Part shown: one piece after another, positions 28,327 through 41,200 of the stretch
Position numbering within the stretch: the first letter of the stretch is position 1
Layout: each line of letters starts with the position of its first letter
Source of the DNA: Macrostomum lignano
Taxonomy: Eukaryota
Assembly (NCBI GenBank): GCA_002269645.1
Contig: NIVC01000108.1
Span: 186,001-250,000 of the forward strand
DNA length: 64,000 bases
Reading direction: 5' to 3'
The notes under the pieces: generated by a model
Seen by the model: the letters and a program-made list of their open reading frames with translations, nothing else
Databases searched by the model: none
What the model was told of the DNA's origin: nothing
Position numbers and translations under genes: made by a program

Positions 28327-31300
28327 GCGGCAGGCCGGACATCCCCAGCCAGAAGACGCATCCGCAGCCGCTGCCTGGCGGTGCTGAGCACGGCTCCGTA
28401 CTCCAGCTGGGTTCGCCGCCGCAGGTAGCTGACGGGGACTTCGGCCGGGCCGTCCCGCATAGCGCGGCTGATTGCGTCCCACAGCAGCAGGGTCAGCAGG
28501 TGCAGCGGCCACAGCAGGTTGAATGGCACCGGCAGGTCCGGCCCGACCTGCAGGTACTTGATCTTCGTCAGCGATGCCCGGTACAGCCAGTCGGACTCGC
28601 GCACCGCGGACAGCTGGGCGAAGGTCTCGGACATCATGGCCACCAGCAGGTTGATCAGCACAACTGCGCCGACTATCACGAAGGAGATGTGCGCCAGGAA
28701 GCCCAGCAGCTCCAGGGTCTTCAGGCTGACGTGGCCGGAGGCGCCAGACTGCAGCAGGTGGTCTTCCCGGGCCGACATTGTCAGCAGCGACCAGAACAGC
28801 GTCTGGAACACCGTCCCGTCAGACTGGAAGTAGGCGCTGGCGCAGGACACCACGCGGTACAGGGTGATCAGCAGGCAGGTCCAGGCGCTCAGCACCACCA
28901 GGAGGATCGCGGCAAAGTTCAGCACGTCCTTCAGCACCCGGCTCAGCGAGACCACCAGGGTGCCCACGTGCCTGCGATGGGGAATCAGTCAGGTGGGGAA
29001 TCAGTCAGGTGGGGAATCAGTCAGGTAGGGAATCAGTCAGGTGGGGAATCAGTCAGGTGGGGAACCAGTCACGTAGGGAATCAGTCAGGTGGGGAATCAG
29101 TCAGGTGGGGAATCAGTCAGGTGGGGAATCAGTCAGGTGGGGAATCAGTCAGGTGGGGAATCAGTCAGGTGGGGAATCAGTCAGGTGGGGAATCAGTCAG
29201 GTGGGGAATCAGTCAGGTGGGGAATCAGTCAGGTGGGGAATCAGTCAGGTGGGGAATCAGTCAGGTGGGGAATCAGTCAGGTGGGAATCAGTCAGGTGGG
29301 GAATCAGTCAGGTAGGGAATCAGTCAGGTGGGGAATCAGTCAGGTGGGGAATCAGTCAGGTGGGGAATCAGTCAGGTGGGGAATCAGTCAGGTGGGGAAT
29401 CAGTCAGGTGGGGAATCAGTCAGGTGGGGAATCAGTCAGGTGGGGAATCAGTCAGGTGGGAATCAGTCAGGTGGGGAATCAGTCAGGTAGGGAATCAGTC
29501 AGGTGGGGAATCAGTCAGGTGGGGAATCAGTCAGGTAGGGAATCAGTCAGGTAGGGAATCAGTCAGGTGGGAATCAGTCAGGTGGGGAATCAGTCAGGTG
29601 GGGAATCAGTCAGGTGGGGAATCAGTCAGGTGGGGAATCAGTCAGGTGGGGAATCAGTCAGGTGGGGAATCAGTCAGGTGGGGAATCAGTCAGGTGGGGA
29701 ATCAGTCAGGTGGGGAATCAGTCAGGTGAATATCAGTCAGGGTGCTACCTCTGCAGCGCAGCCATGGAGAAGATGCTCAGCAGGGTGAAGGCGTGCCCGA
29801 AGCCCATGGCAACGCTGCCGGCCAGGTGAGGCTCCAGGCCATCCAGCAGGAGGGCGGAGAAGGCAGCGGTGAAGTTGCCGAGGCCGGGGCAGGCGAGGCT
29901 GGCGGGCTGCGAGCAGACCAGAGCGGACACGTTGAGGCCGGCGGCGCACACGCAGGCGCGGATGTCGGTGCCGTTCGGCAGGCCGGCCAGCAGCCGCTCA
30001 CTGGAGGCGCGGAGGCGGGAGGCCCAGATGAAGGTCAGCGGCAGGCCGGCCAGATAGCAGGCAACGGCAAGGTGGTGCAGCAGCCCGAAGAAGCCGGTGA
30101 CCAGGGCCAATCGGCGAGGCCCCAGCAGGCACAGGTGGTGCACATTCTTCACCAGGTAGGCGAACATGAAGATGAGGAACAGAGCCTGCAGCGCCAGCTG
30201 GCCTCCGCCAATCCAGGCGGTGCCGGACGCGCCGCAGACGGCCGACTTGGCGACGCTGTCGCCGAGGTCGCGGGCGGAGGAGACCCAGGAGGCCAGCAGG
30301 GCGAGGCTGACGGCGAAGGCGACGGTGTCGAGGGCGTGGCAGAAGCGGGCGCTCTGGCACAGCGGGCGGAGGCGCGGGTGCGGGAACAGCAGGTAGACGG
30401 GAGACAGGGCGTAGCCAGCGGTAGCGGCGAGTGCCAGGCCCGAGCTCGAGCTGCCTGCGGGGTCGGCGGGGCCAAGGATCCGGATTCAAATCCCTTTTGA
30501 ACCTCACAAAACTACAACCGAACGCTAAATCCCAAGTCCCAATCCCAAGTCCCAAGTCCCAACCCCAGATCCAAAGTCCCAGTCCCAAATCCCAAGTCCC
30601 AATCCCAAATCCCATGTCCCAACCCCAACTCCCAAGTCCCAATCCCAAATCCCATGTCCCAACCCCAACTCCCAAGTCCCAATCCCAACTCCCAAGTCCC
30701 AATCCCAACTCCCAAGTCCCAATCCCAACTCCCATGTCCCAACCCCAACTCCCAAGTCCCAATCCCAACTCCCATGTCCCAATCCCAAATCCCAAGTCTC
30801 GACCCCAACTCCCAAGTCCCAACCCCAAATCCCAACCCGAATCGCCGCCAGCTCTCACCCGGCAGACCCTGCGGCAGCCGCTCCTCAGGCCAGCGGCAGC
30901 CGTGCTCCCAGGCCCTGTCCAGCACGAGCTGAGCGGCCTGGTGCGCCAGCGGCTCCCGCAGTTCCAGGTCGGCGAAGTGCTTCAGCCGGCCCAGCCGATC
31001 CTCTGGCGCGAAGGCGTCCAGCAGCAGCGCGAAGGCCTCCTCGCTAGTCCAGCAGCCGTCCAGCAGCAGCACCAGCGAGCGGCAGCCCCCGAGGCGGACC
31101 GGCAGCAGGAGCTCCCGCGGCAGCAGCGGCTCCAGGTGGCCCAGCCGGCGCATCAGGTTGAGGCCCTGCTGAAGGACGTCCTCGCCGGACGCCCTGAATG
31201 CCTGGTAGAGCGGCGAGACCAGCGCCGGCAGGAGGCGCTCGGCGTACAGCCGGCGCAGGCGCGGGTCCTGGCGCAGCGCTCGGCACAGCGAGCAGCCGCA

Positions 31301-31570
31301 GGCGGCCAGGCGGTGCGGGAACGGCAGCCGCTCGCTTCGCTCCCGCACCAAGTAGCCCACCAGCTCGGCGTGGCCGCCCAGCACCGCCCACGCCAGCGGA
31401 GACTGCACGACCAAGGCGGGCGGCAGCGACTCCACGTGCTGGGCTGCGCACCACGGCGACTCGTAGGAGGCCTTGAGGGTGGCGAGGTCGCCACGGAGCA
31501 CCGCCTCCAGCTGCTTCTCCCGCCAGCGCTCCACGGCCAGGATGGACAGGTCGATGCCTTCGCCTGACAT
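28302..31570 (-). CDS. Divergent TRPC-like (canonical TRP family) cation channel, 3 exons, about 695 aa
   Basis: Exons 30859-31570, 29749-30454, 28302-28971 (phases 1 and 2 chain; 2088 nt). Ankyrin-like [22 protein letters not shown] zinc motif [14 protein letters not shown]4-S5 linker [18 protein letters not shown] (cf. LGPLQISLGRM..DI), pore helix FQTLFWSL, S6 [17 protein letters not shown]-box-like DWLYRA. An extra upstream exon cannot be excluded. Confidence 0.88.
28979..29740. repeat. 16-bp minisatellite GGGGAATCAGTCAGGT filling TRP intron 2
   Basis: Occupies nearly all of intron 28972-29748. Confidence 0.97.
30531..30835. repeat. CCCAA[A/C]T / CCCAAGT 6-7-mer composite repeat in TRP intron 1
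   Basis: Direct reading. Confidence 0.92.
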
Positions 31571-31575
31571 TGGCC

Positions 31576-32124
<549 letters not shown>

Positions 32125-32520
32125 CTAGTAAAACAGGCTCACTTGAGTGTCCAAAACAAAAGTTCGCACAAGCAGTTTGAGTCTCTGTTCTCCTGTTATG
32201 TTTCAAACCCGGCAGCTTGGCTTTGAATTTTAACTTCCCAAGCCCTCATTGCAATTCCAATATCTGCATATGTCTCACACCCCCTCTGCCCATGTCCCGC
32301 TCACGAGGATCCCAGCCCGAGTTCGGCCCTCGCCTGTTGGGTGTCGATCGATACGGGAAGCCCGACACCCTCGCCACCGACTCTGGGGCGAGTCCGTGAC
32401 TCAGCGAGTGAGCAGTGGGGCGCAACTGTCCGTGGGCGGCTCCTTGAACTGAGTGGTTTGTGCGGAGAATTTGATAATTGCCACACTTTGTATGCAGCAT
32501 TTGCAGCAAGCAGTTTCTGT

Positions 32521-32840
32521 GAGGGATGAGGGGAGCTGTGGGGATGAGGGGAGCTGTTGAGATGAGGAGGAGCTGTGGGGATGAGGAGGAGCTGTGGGGA
32601 TGAGGGGAGCTGTGGGGATGAGGAGAAGCTGTTGAGATGAGGAGAAGCTGTGGGGATGAGGAGGAGCTGTGGGGGTGAGGAGAAGCTGTGGGGATGAGGG
32701 GGGCTGTGGGGGTGAGGGGAGCTGTGGGGTGAGGGGAGCTGTTGAGATGAGGAGGAGCTGTGGGGATGAGGGGAGCTGTGGGGATGAGGGGAGCTGTGGG
32801 GATGAGGAGAAGCTGTGGGGGTGAGGGGGGCTGTGGGAGA
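32521..32840. repeat. 18-19-bp G-rich repeat GATGAGG(A)GGAGCTGTGGG
   Basis: Direct reading. Confidence 0.92.
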
Positions 32841-33032
32841 TGCAGGCCGCTAATACGGCATGGTTAGTGCCATAGACTACGAAGTGTTTCTGCATTCGCG
32901 ACGGGCATACTAGAAGGTAAATGAAAAATAATGTTGATGGGGCACAACTCAGCGTCTCTGCAGTGTTATTTCAAATGACAGTCTGAGCTGCGCACTTCAC
33001 TGTTTGATTCAGTCGCTTGCCATAACTGGAGA

Positions 33033-34788
33033 ATGCGGCGCTCAGTCTCTGGCTGCCTCCTCTTCATCAGCCTGGTTCAGCAGCTGCCAACAGCTCAAAG
33101 CAACTTTGGTAAGCATGGCTGACTGCGTGTCCGCGGGAAGCTCCCTATTCTAGAGTCTGATCTCAGGGAGAGATCCTAATCTTGGAGAATCCAATCTCAA
33201 AAAGAGATCCTAATCTTGGAGAATCCAATCTCGGGAGAGATCCTAATCTTGGAGAATCCAATCTCAAAAAGAGATCCTAATCTTGGAGAATCCAATCTCG
33301 GGAGAGATCCTAATCTTGGAGAATCCAATCTCAGGGAGAGATCCTAATCTTGGAGAATCCAATCTCAGGGAGAGATCCTAATCTTGGAGAATCCAATCTC
33401 AGGAAGAGATCATAATCTTGGAGAATCCAATCTCAGGGAGAGATCCTAATCTTGGAGAATCCAATCTCAGGGAGAGATCCTAATCTTGGAGAATCCAATC
33501 TCAGGAAGAGATCATAATCTTGGAGAATCCAATCTCAGGAAGAGATCCCAATCTTGGAGAATCCAATCTCAGGGAGAGATCCTAATCTTGGAGAATCCAA
33601 TCTAAAAAGAGATCCCAATCTTGGAGAATCCAATCTCAAAAAGTGATCCCAATCTTGGAGAATCCAATCTCAGGGAGAGATCCTAATCTTGGAGAATCCA
33701 ATCTCAGGGAGAGATCCTAATCTTGGAGAATCCAATCTCAGGGAGAGATCCTAATCTTGAAGAATCCAATCTCAGGAAGAGATCCCAATCTTGGAGAATC
33801 CAATCTCAAAAAGAGATCCCAATCTTGGAGAATCCAATCTCAGGGAGAGATCCTAATCTTGGAGAATCCAATCTCAGGAAGAGACCCCAATCTTGGAGAA
33901 TCCAATCTCAAACAGAGATCCCAATCTTGGAGAATCCAATCTCAGGAAGAGATCATAATCTTGGAGAATCCAATCTCAGGAAGAGATCCTAATCTTGGAG
34001 AATCCAATCTCAAAAAGAGATCCCAATCTTGGAGAATCCAATCTCAAAAAGAGATCCCAATCTTGGAGAATCCAATCTCAAAAAGAGATCCCAATCTTGG
34101 AGAATCCAATCTCAGGGAGAGATCCCAATCTTGGAGAATCCAATCTCAGGGAGAGATCATAATCTTGGAGAATCCAATCTCAGGAAGAGATCCTAATCTT
34201 GGAGAATCCAATCTCAAAAAGAGATCCCAATCTTGGAGAATCCAATCTCAAAAGAGATCCCAATCTTGGAGAATCCAATCTCAGGAAGAGATCCTAATCT
34301 TGGAGAATCCAATCTCAGGGAGAGATCAATAATCCAATCTCAGGAGAATCCATATCCCACTTATTGAAACCAATCTCTCGAAAAATCCTGATCATTAATT
34401 AGCATAATTAGCATAATTAGCATACTACAAAAAAATGAAAAGCTGAAGCTCCGCAACTGCAGTCAGAAACGCCCCCTGCGGCGAGGTGGACCTGCAGGAC
34501 CAGTACCGCAGCCTGAGTTACGCCCGCCTGACCAGCCTCTGTCCGGCCAAGCAGTTCTGCTGCTACCCGGCCGGAGGCAGCCAGGTGGCCACCTGCTGCG
34601 ACGATTGCACCCGGGAGGTGGACTTCAACCCCACGGTGCAGCCGAGCGACTGTCTGAGTGGCCAGCGGAAATGGTCGATGGTGCTGATCACCCTGCTGCC
34701 GGTGCTCACCGCCCTGCTGCCCGGCATGGTGGCAGTGACTGCCGTGCTCATTCTGAGCATGGTCAGCAGGAACAGGGTGGACCTTTGA
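33033..34788 (+). CDS. Small Cys-rich single-pass (type I) membrane protein, 2 exons (33033-33108, 34463-34788), 133 aa
   Basis: Exon 1 encodes the signal-peptide-like MRRSVSGCLLFISLVQQLPTAQSNF with donor G|GTAAGC (phase 1). Acceptor CTGCAG|TC gives in-frame VRNAPCGEVDLQ... GC3-rich codons, 8 ectodomain Cys (C..C..CC..CC..C..C), hydrophobic segment MVLITLLPVLTALLPGMVAVTAVLILSMV, tail SRNRVDL. Confidence 0.75.
33157..34345. repeat. 34-bp minisatellite AATCTTGGAGAATCCAATCTCAGGGAGAGATCCT filling the intron of the small membrane-protein gene
   Basis: Direct reading. Confidence 0.96.
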
Positions 34789-35783
34789 GCTGGCGAGTTC
34801 GTCTGGCATCTGAAATTGCACTCGTGATTTAAAATAATTCGATTTCCACAGTTTTCAATCACATACCGATTATCGCTGTTTTTGCTAATATCTCTACTCA
34901 TAGTAAAGTAGTTTGCGTTCACCGACGCTTCACGATTCTGCGAGTGCGGCCATATTTATTACATGCAGAGGAAGCAGGCAGGCAGAGGCAGGAAAAGCGG
35001 CAGAGTGTCGGCGTAGCGGGCTGTGGGACAAGTTAATTAATAATTCATCTCATTATTTTAGCATACCGACATTTGACACGTGTGTGATATGGGGTTCTCG
35101 CATGGCCGGCCGCCAGCAATTTCTGGAAAAGCAATCTGCTTCTGCAATTGCATTACATATGCACTTGGAGTGCTAATTCATTAATGAGAGACATGGCCGT
35201 TAATCAGATTCAGAGTTGAGTCTGAACTTTAACAATCAACTTACGAATCGATCAGTTGGATTAGGGGAGCCCTACATTTAAACACATTACATGTACAATG
35301 TAGGCACCCAAATGTGTATAGAATTAACGCATTCACTATATTAAGTTACCGTGCCGTTATAAAATGCATAGAATGGTTTCTTTGAAGGCAATTGCATCGC
35401 TAATATAAATACACGTAAACAAGCGCCCGTGTTGCGCCCTGATATACACAGTAAAATTTTAATGCTGCTTGGAACATTTAATCTGAACAGAAGCTATGTG
35501 CATCTAAATTGACGTAAAACAATTTTTACGTAAAAAGACGTAAAACTTGCGCCCCTCACAAGCCTTTCTGTCCGGCCTTCCGCCGGTCCCCTCAAGGGAG
35601 TGTCTATTCTTGTTATTTAAATTCTCAAATAAATTTAGCAATACAATGCAATAGACATCTACGTAGGATTATTGCAGACTTAGCACACTGACTTTAAAAG
35701 TACAGATCGACGATTCTTTTAACCTGTCCTTATAACTTCGAAAAGTACATTATCCTATCTACGATGAACAGCAAGCGAAATAC

Positions 35784-36398
35784 TATACTGTCCGTCAAAA
35801 GTTCCGGAACCCTTAATTGCTACGATGTCTTCTAGCGGACATAATTTCAGTCCGTTTCAATTGTAACTTGATTCAAATGAAAGCTGCGGATCTCAGCTCC
35901 ATGATGTGGTCAAGAAAAAGTTTATTCGAAGGAGCGCGTGTGAACAGGCCAGTGTTATGTACATAAAGGTTAGAGAAAAAAAGTGAGGAAAAGACAAACA
36001 AGCAATTGTTTTTTACTCTTTTTTACTCTCCCATGAAAGCTGACTGCACAAGAATCCATAAGAGCCTGTTGATTTCAACACAAGTTTTGGCCATAGACTA
36101 ATGTTAGCCAGGCTGAACACTGCGCGCAAACCGATTCCTTCCCATGTGTGTTTGCTCCATAGACTCAGCAACCATAGACAATTGCTTGTTTGTCTTTTCC
36201 TCACTTTTTTTCTCTAACCTTTATGTACATAACACTGGCCTGTTCACACGCGCTCCTTCGAATAAACTTTTTCTTGACCACATCATGGAGCTGAGATCCG
36301 CAGCTTTCATTTGAATCAAGTTACAATTGAAACGGACTGAAATTATGTCCGCTGAAGACATCGTAGCAAGGGTTCCGGAACTTTTGACGGACAGTATA
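35784..36398. mobile_element. Non-autonomous foldback DNA transposon (MITE), Tc1/mariner-type
   Basis: Inverted arms 35784-36009 and 36178-36398 (TATACTGTCCGTCAAAAGTTCCGGAAC... / ...GTTCCGGAACTTTTGACGGACAGTATA), differing only by a 4-bp and a 1-bp indel as read. TA at both ends, consistent with a TA target-site duplication. About 170-bp spacer, no transposase. Confidence 0.9.
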
Positions 36399-36567
36399 CA
36401 TGCATGTTCACTGAATTGTTGACGCACAACAAATAATTAAAAAAATCATTTAAATATTGTTATTCACAGCAAGAATTGTATCGAATGGGGCTTACATGTA
36501 ACATGTGCCAGAAGTAATTTTCATTCAAAAAGTCCATTTTGCATGCATCGATCATGTAACTGTACAC

Positions 36568-36960
36568 TAGTAGTAGTAGTAGCTCGTACGTTTTTATTCA
36601 AACAAACAAAAACGTGTATGACGGAAGCTTTATTAAACAAGTCCCCTCAAGGGGGCCAAGAGCTAGTCAATATACTAAAATGATTCAAAACCTAACCTAA
36701 CAGAATATCCACAACTTTGACGCATTCCGTCCTCTTACTTAGCATTGACCCAATTTCTATACCAATCTCTCCAATGTAAAAAATAAAAAACCACTGCACT
36801 GCTGCCTTGCCTTGGATTGCGAACTTTGGTGAATCGAAGAAGCCTCCATTTGCTTCCATGCCAGAAGGCAATCTGCTTTCGGACTCCCCCCGATTGAGCC
36901 CGTATGATTGCATTAGGACTGATAAGGGAGTGGCTATGCTGACAAGCCGCTGCAGCCATA
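36568..36960 (-). mobile_element. Possible 3' remnant of a non-LTR retrotransposon
   Basis: Minus strand: short ORF end, then stem-loop CCCCTTGAGGGG, AATAAA twice and a (CTA)5 tail. No RT motif visible. Confidence 0.25.
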
Positions 36961-38208
36961 AAACTGCAGAATGCAGACTAACTGAGCTGCATATCTAATC
37001 AGCGGGCTTAGAGGGCCGACAGAGTTGAAAAATAAACGGAGTCCACGTAGCAAAGGCGGCTGTCCCGGCGGCGGTGTCTTGCAATATAAAATCGGCCCGA
37101 TAAAAGGTATTCGAGAGCGGCTCGCCCGCGCGCCTCCCCCCTGACAGAGGGGGACGCCGGGCGGCCCCGGCCTGCGGCAGTTTGTGGTTCAATATTTTTG
37201 TTGTATTTTTCTGGCCACACCAGCAGCGAGCCGGCGCGGCAATTCTGCCGATGAAATCTCAAATTAAAAACGCGACAGTGCAGAACAGCGGGGGCTGGGT
37301 GGGGGCTGCAGTTGTGTTAGCATTTGGTCTACAGACAAAGGCAGTTAGATTACGGACTAATCCTTGACTGCTTAGCGCGAATAACAGTAGCTATAGCAGT
37401 AGAATAATAATAGTAGTAAAACTCGCTAAGCCGGGGCTCTACAGTCTAGTCTGAAAAAATGACCAACGTGAGCAAAAAGGGGGGTTCCAGAGGCCGGTGG
37501 ACTCGCAGAATGTGTCTTCTTGCTTTAAAACAAGCCGCACACAAACAATGTATTGCAACGCAGAGAGATGAAGGAAAAAAAGACAAACTGCATCTAAACA
37601 AAAGATGGACTAAAAATAAACAAGTGTGTATATATTATTGCCAATGCGGACTGCTCCATTGCACAGTAAATATTAACTTAGATTTCGCTAGATGATGGCC
37701 AATATAGAGAGCTAAGGTGAAACACGACTAAAGATAATAAAAATCTATGCAGCCTACAGCTTGATTTAAAAATCGGCTAAGGATAAGAGAGAGAGGGGGG
37801 GGGAGACAGCCGGGCGGCGGCCTCCCTGGCGGGGACGCTGAGGCACAACACAACAATCAAACACAAAAATGGATAGAGCAAGCAGACAGGCGGGATTAGA
37901 GCTACAGTAGTAATAGTAACAATAGTAGTAGTAATTATAAGTTGAATTATTGCAAAAACGAGTTTATTATTCCCAGTAGAGTTTGAGCCGGTCAGGTGTG
38001 AGACCCGATGGGGGAACAGCTTATATATATGCATATAAAAGACGATCAGTGCCAATGTTTTCCAAGTTCCTGCATCAGTTCAGCTTGTAATTAACGTAAA
38101 AGAAAATTTATTCTAATGATTTCTATGATTGCTAAATCCGTCCGCCAGCTCAGCTGCTAAGCGCAGGAGGTGCTCAAGCACGGGGGCTCAGCGCCAGGCA
38201 TTCGCTGC

Positions 38209-41200
38209 TCAGTAGTAGGTCTCCCTCTCCAGCCAGTTGCCGGGCGGCAGGCGGCGCAGCAGAGTCTTGCGAATCTCGTCATAGGTGAAGATGGCCACCG
38301 AGAAGGGCAGGGCGGGCAGCCACCAGGTGAAGCGCATGGGCTGCATGCGCAGGGCCTTGTCCAGGCCGGGGCAGTAGGACATGAAGGCGGCCAGGGTGGT
38401 CTCGAAGAACAGGCCGAAGGTCATGTGGTGATTCCACATGCCCTGCTGGAAGATGGAGTTCTTGCGGGTCTTGCAGATCAGCAGGTCGGTCCACTGCACG
38501 ATCACGATGCTGGCGAAGAAGGCCGTGTGGCAGGTGTACTCCAGGCGCTTGCGCTGGGCGTAGGTCTGCGGGCGGGATGGGGCTCTGTGAGACAGACAGA
38601 CAGACAGACAGACAGATAGACAGACACAGACGAACAGGCTAGCGCAGACAGGCCAGCGCAGACAGACAAGCGCAGACAGGCACTAACCCATTCCTGTCCA
38701 TAGCTGTCCTCCAAGTCGTTGACCCCCTCGCTGTCCCACTCCTTGCGCAGGCCGAGCAGGCGGGAGGGCAGGAAGCCGTTCTCGGCCAGGATGACAAAGT
38801 ACACGAAGAAGCCGCCGCTGGCCTGGATCATGCCGATCTGGCCGTAGGCCATGCTGATGAGGCGCTCGTTAACCAGATTGTCGTGCTGCGGGTCGCGCGG
38901 CCTCCTCTTCATGATGTCGCTCTCGGCCTCCTCGTAGGCCAGGGAGATGGCGGGCACCATGTCGGTGCCGAGGTCGATGCACAGGATGGTGATGGTGCCG
39001 AGAGGCAGTGGCACGTCGGCCAGGATGAACAGCAGGAAGGGCGAGATCTCCGGGATGTTGGAGGTCAGCGTGTAGGCGATGGACTTCTTCAGGTTGTCGA
39101 AGATGATGCGGCCCTCCTCTACGCCGGTAACAATGGACGCGAAGTTGTCGTCAAGGAGAATCATGTCGGCGGCCTGCTTGCTGACGTCGCTGCCGGCGAT
39201 GCCCATGGCGACGCCGATGTCGGCCTTCTTTAGCGCCGGGGAGTCGTTGACACCGTCGCCCGTGACGGCCACGATGGCGCCCTGGCGCTGGCAGCCCTCC
39301 ACGATGATGAGCTTCTGCTGCGGGCTGGTGCGGGCGAACACGATCTCCACGTGGTGGCGCAGGATTTCGTCAATCTGGGCCGGGGTCATGTCGCGCAGGT
39401 CGCTGCCGTGGACAACGCAGGCCTGGGCCTCGCGGGGGTTCACCATGGACGGGTCCATGTTGCGATCCTTGGCGATGTCCTCGACGGTCTTGTTGGTCGG
39501 GCTGATGATGCCGACGCCCTTGGCGATGGCCTTGGCGGTGATCGGGTGGTCGCCAGTCACCATGATGACCTGCGGCGGGCGGAGAGTCGGTGAGCCGTCA
39601 TCAGCGAAGTACGAGATTCAGGAGTTGATGAGTCATCGGGATTCACGGGTCAGACGTCCCGAGTCCTGGGTCAGGATCCAAGAGTCGTGGGTCTCCAGGA
39701 TCCAAGGGTCAGGATCCACGAGTCACGGGTCAGCAGAATTTAAGGGTCAGGATTCAAGAGTCGCGGGTCAGCAGGATTCAAGAGTCACGGGTCAGCAGGA
39801 TTCAAGAGTCGCGGGTCAGCAGGATTCAAGAGTCACGGGTCAGCAGGATTCAAGAGTCGCGGGTCAGCAGGATTCAAGGGTCAGGATACAAGTCACGGGT
39901 CAGCAGAATTCAAGGGTCAGGATTCAAGAGTCACGGGTCAGCAGGATTCAAGAGTCGCGGGTCAGCAGGATTCAAGGGTCAGGATTCAGGGGTCAGGATA
40001 CAAGTCGCGGGTCAGCAGGATTCAAGGGCCAGGATACAAGTCGCGGGTCAGCAGGATTCAAGGGTCAGGATACAAGTCGCGGGTCAGCAGGATTCAAGAG
40101 TCGCGGGTCAGCAGGATTCAAGGGTCAGGATACAAGTCGCGGGTCAGCAGGATTCAAGGGCCAGGATACAAGTCGCGGGTCAGCAGGATTCAAGAGTCGC
40201 GGGTCAGCAGGATTCAAGGGTCAGGATACAAGTCGCGGGTCAGCAGGATTCAAGGGTCAGGATACAAGTCGCAGGTCAGCAGGATTCAAGGGCCAGGATA
40301 CAAGAGTCGCGGATCAGGTATAGTGGGCCCAGCTTGACCCACCTTGATACCGGCGGAGCGGCACTTCTCCACAGCGTCGGGCACGGCGGCACGGGGCGGG
40401 TCGATCATGGACATGAGGCCCACGAAGCGCAGGTTCATGAGCGGGAAGTTCTGCTCCTCGGGGTCGAAGGCGTATCCGTCAGCGTACTCCTCAGCGGGCA
40501 GGCGGAAGTCGCAGAATCCCAGCACCCGCTCGCCCATGCCGCCGAGCTCCTCGTAGGCGGTATTGAAGGCGCTCTTCCACTCGTCGTCCATGACGACGTC
40601 CTTGCCGTTGATGAGGATGTGTGAGCAGCGGTCCAGGATGCGCTCGGGGGCGCCCTTCATCACCAGCAGGAAACGCTTGTCTCCATCGTCAGTCTTGTGG
40701 ATGGACACCTGGTACTTGTTGGTGCTGTTGAAGGGCACTTCGCACACCTTGGTGTTCTTCTTGCGGTACTCGCTGACCCCGCCGATGCTGAGCTCCACGC
40801 ACTTGAGCAGGGCGCTCTCGGAAGCGTCGCCGTTGCACTCGCGCTTGAGCACGGGCTTGGACTCCTCGCCGGCCTTGAACTCGGCGCGGTTGCACAGCAT
40901 GGCGCAGCGGCTCAGGGCGATCCACTCTGGCGATGACTTGTTGTACTCGGCCGTGTTCTGCTCTTCAGAGGTGTCCGCCTCCAGGATGCGATTGTTGCAC
41001 CACATGTGGGCCACGGTCATGCGGTTCTGCGTCAGGGTGCCTGGGTGAGGGAATGCGCGGGTTGGGCTCTGTGATGCTACTGTGAGTAGTGCAGGTCAAT
41101 AGCTCAGCTTCAATACTGCAGCCAGGTGAGGTGATAATGGTGTCTAAAGCCGGGGAAAAGGAGTTGGCAATCCAGAATCTGGTGCTGGGTCTCCATGGCT

